A stretch of 64,000 nucleotides of DNA from positions 557,835-621,834 of the forward strand of contig JBPOFX010000001.1 of NCBI GenBank assembly GCA_051252395.1. Reading direction: 5' to 3'. The first letter of the stretch is position 1; the number at the start of each line of letters is the position of its first letter. The DNA is from Phycisphaerales bacterium. Its GTDB lineage: Bacteria; Planctomycetota; Phycisphaerae; Phycisphaerales; UBA1924. Positions 29,767 to 38,008 of this stretch are shown here, piece by piece. The notes below the pieces were generated by a model. The model was not told where the DNA came from. It saw nothing but the letters and a program-made list of their open reading frames with translations, and did not search any database. A program made the translations under genes and the position numbers.

Positions 29767-31281
29767 CTAGTCGTCGGCTTTGTCGCCGTCCTTAATAACA
29801 AACTTTGCGTCCAAGCGGGCGACCTCGCTTGCGAGGCCTGCAGTTTTGACTGACTTCAGTACTTCCTCGAAGTCTTTGTATGCCGCAGGTGCTTCGTCGA
29901 TCGGGTAGTTTCGACAGTTCGAGAGGATATCTCGGTCTGCGAATGATTGATCGACGACCTTCTGGTCCAAGTCTCGCTTCGCGCCGGTTCGTGACATTGC
30001 TCGTCCTGCACCGTGGTTGACGCTGTAGCACGAGAGCGCAGCGCCGGCGTCGGCGACCATGACTGCGGATCCGTCCTGTGGATTCCCTGGGAGCAGGATC
30101 GGGTGTCCGGTCTCTGCGAAAGGGGTGTCCTTGAGGCCGTGGTGACCTGCAGGGAAGGCGCGGGTGGCGCCCTTGCGGTGGACCCACTCCATGCGATCAT
30201 TGACAACTTCTTGGCGTGCGATGTTGTGGCTGATGAAGTACACCAGTCGGCCATCGATGCCTGGGAAGATCTCTTGGAACGCGTCGAGTACGAGCGCGTT
30301 AATCAACAGGTGATTGACGGTCGCGAAGTTTGCTCCCAGTGACATATCGTCGATATAAGAATCTGCTTCGGGAGTTCCGAGCGGTGCGCAGACGAGGTTT
30401 CGGTCACCTCCAGGGAGCGGGATATCCCACTTCGCAAAGTGATCCTGCAGAGTACGAAACTGTCCTGATGCGAGATCGTGACCGAATCCGCGTGATCCGC
30501 AGTGCGAGAGGAAAGCGACGCCGCCGTCGCGGAGTCCGAAGACTTCTGCGACTTTCTTGCTGCGGTCTGACTCTCCAACACGGACGACTTCGCATTCACC
30601 GAAGTGATTTCCTCCGCCGTAGGAACCGAGCTGGCGCATCTTTCCTGCGAAACGCTCTCCGAAGCGGAGACGCTTTCCGGTATTGAACTGCGGATCGTTG
30701 CAGAGGATATCGAGACGAGCGCGGAGCGCATCGTGGGAGCCGTCGTGTCCGACATGTGTGCTGTCTTCGCAGCGATCTGCCCACTCTGGTGGGATCCCGA
30801 GTTGGTTGCATACATCCTCCGATGCGCCCTCGGCGACCAGCTGGCGTCCGAGTTCCTCGGAGACAGGACGAGCCTTCTTGACATGGCGCTGACCCCGACC
30901 GGTTCCCGTTGGGGTCCGCTCGCAGATCGCTTCGATGAGTGCGCGGCGAGTCTTGCGATCCACAATCGCGTCCTCGTCGATGTCGACTGCGAGGAGGCTC
31001 ATGGAACACTTAATGTCCACGCCGACCGGTCCTGGGTAGATGTGCGAAGGGGAAGACATGACGCAACCGACGGGGGCGCCGTATCCGACATGAGCGTCTG
31101 GATTGAGGACAACCTGTGAGACGCCTGGCGCCATTGCGGAGTTGATCGCTTGCTGCAAGCAGGGCGCATCGAATGTCTTTCGGATTGATTCGGTTCCGAT
31201 CACAGTGACCGGCTTCTGGTTGTTTGGAAGGGGAAGGATCGCGGTTGCTTCCCCGGTTTCGATCAGCGTTGATTCAGACAT
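29767..31281 (-). CDS. rtcB: RNA-splicing ligase RtcB (3'-phosphate/5'-OH RNA ligase)
   Basis: NPDAHVGYGAPVGCV, the GGNHFGE-type metal site and the C-terminal SVNHGAGRAMSRTGAK...PAAYKD blocks match the RtcB family. It lies 16 nt upstream of rtcA. Confidence 0.9.
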   Translation of the reverse strand: MSESTLIETGEATAILPLPNNQKPVTVIGTESIRKTFDAPCLQQAINSAMAPGVSQVVLNPDAHVGYGAPVGCVMSSPSHIYPGPVGVDIKCSMSLLAVDIDEDAIVDRKTRRALIEAICERTPTGTGRGQRHVKKARPVSEELGRQLVAEGASEDVCNQLGIPPEWADRCEDSTHVGHDGSHDALRARLDILCNDPQFNTGKRLRFGERFAGKMRQLGSYGGGNHFGECEVVRVGESDRSKKVAEVFGLRDGGVAFLSHCGSRGFGHDLASGQFRTLQDHFAKWDIPLPGGDRNLVCAPLGTPEADSYIDDMSLGANFATVNHLLINALVLDAFQEIFPGIDGRLVYFISHNIARQEVVNDRMEWVHRKGATRAFPAGHHGLKDTPFAETGHPILLPGNPQDGSAVMVADAGAALSCYSVNHGAGRAMSRTGAKRDLDQKVVDQSFADRDILSNCRNYPIDEAPAAYKDFEEVLKSVKTAGLASEVARLDAKFVIKDGDKADD

Positions 31282-31436
31282 TGTGATACTCCTTTGTATT
31301 CATATACTCATTGAACGGTGAATGGCGGGGATTGAACCTGCAACATTCGGATTCTGGGACCGATGCTTCTTTCTGTTCGGTTACGAATTCTGTTCTTGAA
31401 TCGTGTCTCGTCTGCTTTCGCAGACGGGACGCGTGG

Positions 31437-32621
31437 TTATTGCACTGCCTCACGCTTGATGAGGCTGCTGATCTGCTCGCTCAGATCTCCTTGTCCGAGC
31501 ACGAAGGTTGCTTCGGTGCCTCGCAGGATTTCCTGCAGGGCTTCAAGTTCCTTCATGCGTGCGAGCACGGGGTTCTGTTCGAGGAGCTTTGCGGTGTTTG
31601 CCTGGCTCCGTGCGGCGGCGGTTTCCTCTCGGCGACGGATCAGGTTTGCTTCCGCTTGCTTCTCGGCGACAATGACCTGGTTGAGGATCACCTTCATGTC
31701 GCCGGGAAGGATGATGTCTCGGAGTCCGACACCCATGACTGAAACCCCGAACTGGGCTGCGCGGTTTGCGAGCCTGTTTTTGATTTCGCCTCCGACTTCG
31801 TCCTTGTCTGCGAGCAGTTTCTCGAGCGAGCGGCCGCCGATGGCAGAGCGGAGTTCGAGCTGTGCTTCTCGGTACAAAGCTTGCGACCAGTCAACGACTT
31901 CGGTGACGGCCTTGACGGGATCGGTGACGCGATGGGTCACGACGAGGTTGACCCTGAGGGTTACCTTGTCGGCGGTCATGATCTCTTGGCCTTGGATGTC
32001 TTCGACCTGCTCGCGCAGATCGATCGACTTCCAGGTGAAGCTTGGGCCTCCGCGCCAGAAGGTGTAGCGTCCTGCTCCGAGTTGGTCGACGAGCTTGCCG
32101 TCCATGAACAGCATGACCTGTTCGTGGGACTCAACTCGAACGCCGGTGAAGAAGCGGATACCTCCTGGGAAGTTCTCGATGGTTTCGAGCTTTGGGTGCT
32201 CGAACCGACCTGAGCTGACATCAAAGCGTTCGACGACGATCTCTGCATTCTGAGTCCAGAATGCGTGGACCCCTGCTGAGAGGATCGAACCGAGTCGTCC
32301 GTCGATCCAGACCAGCGCACGCTCTGTATCCTTGAGGTCAACGACGCACAGACGCGACGCGATGCGGGGATCGCGGACGAGTGCATTGAGATCGTTGTGC
32401 TCGAAACGCGGGGAGAGGGTGTTGATCGTCTCGAACCGATCGCACTTGGCGCCGAACGGCATGGACCATGCGTTGTACTTCCCCTGATCGAGGACTCGGT
32501 GGAGTTCGTTGTGACGGAACCACAGTCCGAGTTCATGCTTACGGATTCGGATGGTCTTTCTCATGGCTTGGCTCCTTTCGTTGGGCGTTTGTGCATGAGG
32601 CACTTGGTGCAGTTCAAACAA
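31437..32621 (-). CDS. SPFH / band-7 (stomatin-prohibitin-flotillin-HflKC) domain protein with ~170-aa N-terminal extension
   Basis: The C-terminal ~230 aa show the SPFH signature (TADKVTLRVNLVVTHRVTDPVKAV...ELRSAIGGRSLEKLLADKDEV...GVGLRDIILPGDMKVILNQVIVAEKQAEANLIRRREETAAA). It is the first ORF of the sigma54-driven rtc transcription unit. Confidence 0.8.
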   Translation of the reverse strand: MFELHQVPHAQTPNERSQAMRKTIRIRKHELGLWFRHNELHRVLDQGKYNAWSMPFGAKCDRFETINTLSPRFEHNDLNALVRDPRIASRLCVVDLKDTERALVWIDGRLGSILSAGVHAFWTQNAEIVVERFDVSSGRFEHPKLETIENFPGGIRFFTGVRVESHEQVMLFMDGKLVDQLGAGRYTFWRGGPSFTWKSIDLREQVEDIQGQEIMTADKVTLRVNLVVTHRVTDPVKAVTEVVDWSQALYREAQLELRSAIGGRSLEKLLADKDEVGGEIKNRLANRAAQFGVSVMGVGLRDIILPGDMKVILNQVIVAEKQAEANLIRRREETAAARSQANTAKLLEQNPVLARMKELEALQEILRGTEATFVLGQGDLSEQISSLIKREAVQ

Positions 32622-32949
32622 ATGCGTCTGACGACTGAGACACCATGATCATTAAATGCGGATTGAAAGCGTCCTCACACGCGTCCACCCAGTTCTTCGG
32701 CGGGGCATGGTTTCAGACAGTCCTGGGCGTTCTCGATGCTGCGAGCGCCCCACTGCTTGCGGAGAAGAGTGGTGCGCGTGCTGGGCATGTTGAAGTTCGA
32801 GGAGTGTCGGGATCAACCGAGCCTCGGGCTGAGTCATTGGTGCTGATCCAGAGTCATCAAGGTGCGTGCACGAGGATGAGGACTGGATCTGCTGTGTCTG
32901 CGTGATTGGCTCACTCTCAATCCACTTCGATAGCCAGAGTTTTGAAGTC

Positions 32950-33205
32950 TGGAGATATGGGGATTCGAACCCCAGGGCGTAGCCCTTGACCTGTGATGCG
33001 TGCGGGACTCGAACCCGCGACCGGCGAGTTTGGTACTCGCTGCTCTAACCAGCTGAGCTAGCGCAACACGCTATGTTCATCGGGAGAACCCATGCCGCGG
33101 GACCCATGGACTTCAGAGAAGTTTGAGCCGCTGGACGATGGAACAAAGCGAATGGATGCAGAGGGAATCGAACCCTCAGCCGGGGGGAGATGCAATCCCT
33201 CCCCC
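32950..33205 (-). ncRNA. cluster of three tRNA-like modules in the rtc operon leader. One is a near-complete tRNA-like element (32994-33067) with anticodon-loop TACCAAA. One is a 3' tRNA fragment with encoded CCA (32950-32991). One is a 10-bp GC hairpin plus T-arm module (33131-33205).
   Basis: Minus strand. (i) A D-arm TAGCTCAGCTGGTTAGAGC, an anticodon arm GCGAG-TACCAAA-CTCGC (A at position 33, not the universal U) and a T-arm GCGGG-TTCGAGT-CCCGC. The acceptor pairs at only 5 of 7 positions. (ii) ...AGGGCTACGCCCT-GGGG-TTCGAAT-CCCC-ATATCTCCA. (iii) CCGGGGGGAG-GGATTGCAT-CTCCCCCCGG followed by GAGGG-TTCGATT-CCCTC-TGCATCCA. Confidence 0.55.
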
Positions 33206-33286
33206 CGGCGTGGCCAATATGCGATCCTGATTGATCATGGTGTCTCAGTTGTCAGAGAAGCAGCTTGTTGAGCTGAGATACAGCTA

Positions 33287-33302
33287 TGCAGTTGGTGTGC
33301 CA
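33287..33302 (-). promoter_or_regulatory. sigma54 (RpoN) -24/-12 promoter reading leftward into the tRNA-like leader, SPFH gene, rtcB and rtcA
   Basis: The minus strand reads TGGCAC-ACCAA-CTGCA, with GG and GC exactly 10 nt apart and one mismatch to TGGCAC-N5-TTGCW. It lies 113 bp from the divergent rtcR start codon, the canonical rtcR / rtcBA arrangement. Confidence 0.6.
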
Positions 33303-33414
33303 AAGATGTCGAAGCTGCTTATTTGCCTCTAATGGTCGTTTTTGAACACTTTGATGACCATGGATATCTATTTATCTATCAAAATATATCGTAATCTATC
33401 CGATATAATCGCCT

Positions 33415-35019
33415 ATGGATACACAGAAACGCAAACCAACTGTCGTGATCGGGCTTCTCGGGACGACGCTGGATATCGGCAAGGGGACGAAGCGATGGGA
33501 ACGCTGGAGGCCGACGGTTTCGCTTTGTCAGCATGAGGACTTTGTGGTCGATCGGCTCGAGCTCATCCATAGCAAACGCGCGACGGCGCTTGCAGAGTTG
33601 GTCGAAGCGGATATTCGATCGGTTTCGCCTGAGACGACGGTGGTTCGGCACAGGGTTGAGATGCGTGACGCGTGGGACTTCCAGGAGGTCTACACGAAGC
33701 TCCATGACTTTGCACGCGCATATGCGTTTGACACGGATACCGAAGACTATCTCGTGCACATCACGACTGGGACGCATGTCGCGCAGATCTGCAACTTCTT
33801 GCTGACTGAAACAAGCTACTTTCCTGCGAAGCTGATTCAGACCTCTCCTCCTCGTGGGAAGAAGGAGGGAGCGGGACGGATTCAGATTATTGATCTGGAT
33901 CTCTCGAAGTATGATCGGCTCGCATCAAGATTTGAGCGTGAGTACGAAGACGCGGTCGAATCTCTCAAGGATGGCATCGAGACCAGAAACAAAGCATTCA
34001 ACTCACTCATTGAACGCATCGAGCAAGTCGCCGTACGAACTACAGACCCAATCCTGCTCACCGGCCCCACGGGGGCAGGAAAATCTCGACTCGCAAGTCG
34101 AATCTTTGATCTTCGCAAGCACAGGCACCTAGTGACCGGCCATCTCGTCGAAGTCAACTGCGCCACCATTCGTGGCGATTCGGCAATGTCCACGCTCTTT
34201 GGACACAAAAAGGGCGCGTTCACCGGCGCTGTGACTGATCGCCCTGGACTCCTTCGTAGGGCGCATGGCGGAACGCTCTTCTTAGATGAAATCGGCGAGC
34301 TGGGTATCGATGAACAGGCCATGCTCCTGCGGGCGATTGAAGAGAAGCGATTCACCCCTCTCGGCTCGGATGTCGAAGTATCAAGCGATTTTCAGCTCAT
34401 AGCGGGAACAAACCGAAACCTAATCGATCATGTTCGCCAAGGCTTATTCCGCGACGATCTACTCGCACGGATCAATCTTTGGACATTCGAGCTCCCGGCA
34501 TTACGCGATCGCCCCGAGGATATCGAGCCCAATATCGAGTTTGAACTTGAACGACTCTCCCAAAGCCGAAATCAACGAGCGAGATTCAGCAAAGAAGCCC
34601 ATCGCCGCTTTCTTGATTTTGCAACCTCACCAGAAGCAACCTGGCCCGGCAACTTTCGGGATTTGAACGCCGCCCTTACCCGTATGTCCACACTCGCGCT
34701 TGGCGGACGCATCACTGTTGAGACTGTTGAGGAAGAAACCAGTCGGCTTCTCACATTATGGGAGAGCCCTACCCGTACGAGCCATGACAGACTACTCTCG
34801 GAGCTACTCACCCAAGAACAAATCTCCGAGATTGACCTCTTTGATCAAGCTCAGCTTACTTTTGTATTCGATGTGTGTCGAAATTCAAACTCACTATCTG
34901 ATGCTGGGCGAAAGCTATTCGCCGCTTCTCGCGTCCGACGGTCATCCACAAACGATTCTGATCGTGTACGGAAATACCTTGCCAAGTTTGGATTGGACTG
35001 GGACCGGGTCACTTCATAG
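33415..35019 (+). CDS. rtcR: sigma54-dependent transcriptional activator RtcR (N-terminal CARF domain, AAA+ sigma54-activator domain, C-terminal HTH)
   Basis: 534 aa, collinear and about half identical by eye with E. coli RtcR. Matching blocks are KWRPT, VSPET, YLVHITTGTHVAQIC, LTGPTGAGKS, GAFTGA (GAFTGA loop), FLDEIGELG and KYLAKFGL. Confidence 0.9.
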   Translation: MDTQKRKPTVVIGLLGTTLDIGKGTKRWERWRPTVSLCQHEDFVVDRLELIHSKRATALAELVEADIRSVSPETTVVRHRVEMRDAWDFQEVYTKLHDFARAYAFDTDTEDYLVHITTGTHVAQICNFLLTETSYFPAKLIQTSPPRGKKEGAGRIQIIDLDLSKYDRLASRFEREYEDAVESLKDGIETRNKAFNSLIERIEQVAVRTTDPILLTGPTGAGKSRLASRIFDLRKHRHLVTGHLVEVNCATIRGDSAMSTLFGHKKGAFTGAVTDRPGLLRRAHGGTLFLDEIGELGIDEQAMLLRAIEEKRFTPLGSDVEVSSDFQLIAGTNRNLIDHVRQGLFRDDLLARINLWTFELPALRDRPEDIEPNIEFELERLSQSRNQRARFSKEAHRRFLDFATSPEATWPGNFRDLNAALTRMSTLALGGRITVETVEEETSRLLTLWESPTRTSHDRLLSELLTQEQISEIDLFDQAQLTFVFDVCRNSNSLSDAGRKLFAASRVRRSSTNDSDRVRKYLAKFGLDWDRVTS

Positions 35020-35141
35020 CGGTTATCGACTTCAGCTTCGTCCATAATACGGCAGTGCCCCACAACCTGAAGCAGAGCAGGAAAACTTGTTGCCCCCTAC
35101 CATTCTTACGACCACTATCGAAGAAAGCAGACTATGAAATC

Positions 35142-35651
35142 ATGACGACGCCACCTGCAAACCAATCAAGTTCGGACCAACGCCCGGATTGGGACCAATA
35201 CTTCCTTGACCTCGCGGAACAAGTCAGCAGAAGATCTCCAGATCCGAACACAAAGCACGGTTGTGTGCTTGTCGACTCTGGACGCCGAGTACTGAGCACA
35301 GGCTATAACGGCCCCTTGTCTGGGCTTCCTCATGATTTGATTCGGTTTGATCGCCCAAATAAATATGACTGGTTTATTCATGCAGAAGATAACGCAGTCG
35401 CCTTTGCTCGGTGCGATCTTCGAGGAACAACCGCGTATATAACTGGAACCCCTTGCGTAGCCTGCTTTCGTCGGCTGCTACAGGTTGGAGTCATACGAAT
35501 CGTTCAGGGCGATCGCCATTCTGCATGCTTAGAGGCAAGAGAGATGGATGCCTGCCAGCAGATGGCCAGAGCAGTCGGTATCGAGTGGATTGTTTATGAC
35601 AATGACGGTATTCATCGATTGGGCCGAGATGGCTTCAGCAACTGCTCATAA
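35142..35651 (+). CDS. dCMP/cytidine deaminase-family zinc-dependent deaminase
   Basis: HAEDNA (H-A-E zinc/catalytic motif) and TPCVACFRRL (PCxxC) motifs. The start was chosen at the MTTPPANQ ATG inside the ORF-track ORF 35055-35651. Confidence 0.65.
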   Translation: MTTPPANQSSSDQRPDWDQYFLDLAEQVSRRSPDPNTKHGCVLVDSGRRVLSTGYNGPLSGLPHDLIRFDRPNKYDWFIHAEDNAVAFARCDLRGTTAYITGTPCVACFRRLLQVGVIRIVQGDRHSACLEAREMDACQQMARAVGIEWIVYDNDGIHRLGRDGFSNCS

Positions 35652-36694
35652 CCGCGGAGCTTTGACGGCGTCTATTCAGCCCATATCCATTCTTTCATGT
35701 TGCACGAATCACAGCATCGAAAGTACTTGTCGCCCGCTTACCGGATATTGACCACCATGCCACACCAGCCGTTGGCAAAACACATCCAGCTATTGGTTGC
35801 CGTGGTCGCATTGACATCGCAATGTTGGCATAGCCAGTAGTATCCGTACTGTCACAGATGCGCGTCCAGCTGCTCGCATCGGCACGCTGACCCGTACGGC
35901 TATGAACCCACTTTGAAGGTATAGATTACAATATTTCGGAAAATGATTTCGATTCCTTAGTTAGCAAATACGAAGAAACTCTGCCTACAGGCGAGCTTGC
36001 CTTACGGAAGATGACTGCTACTCAATCGTGATTCGACTCGAGACTCCCAATCAGTAGCACGACCATTGTCCCCTCCACATAAAGGATCGCGATCCTCGTG
36101 ACCTAACCGTACCAGGTATACATATCCTGAACTAGCATTTGTTGCCTACTGCGCACCGATTCCACGAATGGTCGGCGAAAGGCGAAAGGCTCATTACGCG
36201 AGTGCGAATGATTTGAGTTACAGAATGGGAGCCGCGCAAAAGGCACTGTTCGAATCGCATACAAACCCATAGCGAGAAAAGCTTCGAACCGCTGTTGCGA
36301 ATCGAAGCCTTTGAAAATCAATAGCGGTGTCGCAACGCTCTTCATAATTGGAGTAGAGACTCCGTGCCTGCTTATGGATCTTCTACAAACCAGTTCACTG
36401 CAATTCCATATGATTACACGCATTGAGCATGGACTAGGCTGTGGGGGCAGGTCAAGATACAAGGCAATCAGCAATGGCAATCCATGATGAGTTGTATCGG
36501 GTGTGTTGTAGGTCAGTAAACGGTGAGGAATGAAGCTGCTTGGGGTGCAGGGGTCTCGGTATGCACTATGCAACCACATACAAATGATCGCCTATCAAGC
36601 GTCTGGGTTATTTCGTACAATACCAGCTCCGTTGAATGCTATCAGTACAACGACCTACTCTGTGGAGTCTTCGTCGGACGGAACTCCTCGTGGA

Positions 36695-37765
36695 TCAGTC
36701 GTTGTCGATCCGCAGCATGCGATGGATTTCTTCGGATTTGAAACCCAGCAGCTTGGGTCGGACGATACCCGGCAGCGCGATCGCGTCGTAGAGTTCGTGC
36801 ACTACGCCTTGGATGCGTATCCAGTGCTCGGTTGCGCCGGTGTCCATGTTGATGATCTGTAGCGAGCAGCGTGGCTCGGCGTCACGCGAGCGGAGGTTTT
36901 CGTCGAGCGGGAGTCCTTGGAAAGTTCGGTTCTCTCGGGCTGCTGAAACGCCCACGACTGCGTATCGCCCGACGAATGCCATACCTCTTGCAAATCCCGG
37001 CACAAACGCGACCTCTGTAAAGGCGCCTGTGTTTATATCTGCGTAGCCGAAGAAACCGGTCCCAGCGTTGAGTAACCAAACTCGATCAGGATATGCAGCG
37101 TGCATCCTGGGAGAATGGGGCATGCTCAATCCTTCGCAGACGATGTCGTCGGTGCGTATATCCAAGAGTAGGCCGCCGTCGTTTCGTCGATCGCGCCATC
37201 CGTCGCTCACATCGCTTTTGCTGACCATTGTGGCGTAGGTCGGGGCGCCTGTGTCGGGATCGCCTGCGAGTCCATTGAGATGGCAGCGGTCTTCTGGCAC
37301 GGTGGCTGAGATAAACGGCGGCTTCCAGATCGGTCGGAAGCTGTGTCCTTCGCTGAGTGTTGCTACGGAGTTGAATGTGGTTGCGGCGAAGGCAGGCGGG
37401 CCGTCCTTCGGGAGCACGATGTCGTGCGTGTCTAGATCGCCTGTCGTGTATCCCACAGTCGGTACATACAGCGCGTCGTATCCATCGGGGGTCGTCCCGT
37501 CTTGTGGTACGAAGTTATCGAGGCGCCAGAGCTGATACTGAGTCGCCATCCACAACTGTCGCGCGTCAGGCGAGACCGCGAGTCCCATGCAGCGGCTAAA
37601 GTTTCGTTCATAGATGCTGAGTCGTCCGTCGGGCTGCAAGCCGATCAGGAATAGCTTCCCGGCTTGGTAGGTTGAGAACCCAAGGCTTACGCGATGTTCA
37701 GCCATCCACGATGTAGCATGGCGGGACGAGGTGATGATTAGATCATTTGGGGTTTGTTTCGACAT
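36695..37765 (-). CDS. conserved hypothetical protein (beta-rich; possibly TIGR03032/DUF4915-like)
   Basis: 356-aa ORF with good coding periodicity. No catalytic motif recognised. Family assignment is from weak memory only. Confidence 0.5.
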   Translation of the reverse strand: MSKQTPNDLIITSSRHATSWMAEHRVSLGFSTYQAGKLFLIGLQPDGRLSIYERNFSRCMGLAVSPDARQLWMATQYQLWRLDNFVPQDGTTPDGYDALYVPTVGYTTGDLDTHDIVLPKDGPPAFAATTFNSVATLSEGHSFRPIWKPPFISATVPEDRCHLNGLAGDPDTGAPTYATMVSKSDVSDGWRDRRNDGGLLLDIRTDDIVCEGLSMPHSPRMHAAYPDRVWLLNAGTGFFGYADINTGAFTEVAFVPGFARGMAFVGRYAVVGVSAARENRTFQGLPLDENLRSRDAEPRCSLQIINMDTGATEHWIRIQGVVHELYDAIALPGIVRPKLLGFKSEEIHRMLRIDND

Positions 37766-38008
37766 GAGGGGGATACTAGCCGGCGGATGTTTCGGTTGTT
37801 CGAACGCTTCTGAATGCTGAAATCATCGGTTCATAGTGATCGCGGCCTCAATTGGGCTGATCTTTCTGGTCGATGGCCGTGATGATCACAGATGATGTGC
37901 GGGTTGCTATGTGTCTAGAGGCTGTGGGGATGGGCGTGTAGTCCCAAATATTGAGGGTTTTCGTGTTTTTCTGATCGTGTATGCTGTGATCTGCTGTATT
38001 CTATTTCT

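Noticed and set aside
32994-33067. Calling the tRNA-like element a functional tRNA-Trp (anticodon CCA)
   Set aside because: The anticodon loop reads TACCAAA, with A at position 33 where U is essentially invariant. The acceptor stem pairs at only 5 of 7 positions. It is kept as a tRNA-like ncRNA, not a decoding tRNA.
32950-33230. Interpreting the tRNA fragments as att sites of the 48-58 kb integrative element
   Set aside because: The element and its recombinases are 15 kb away, with chromosomal genes (FG-GAP protein, FtsK operon, pxpBCA) in between. No recombinase abuts the fragments.
35142-35651. dCMP-deaminase-family gene next to rtcR as a nucleotide-depleting defence effector
   Set aside because: The size and motifs fit an ordinary ComEB-type housekeeping dCMP deaminase. 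There is no fused sensor or partner, so adjacency alone is insufficient.
36103-36579. 158-aa ORF in the low-GC gap as a real gene
   Set aside because: It has poor codon periodicity, a Pro/Ser/His/Cys-rich odd composition, no start context and no recognisable motif.
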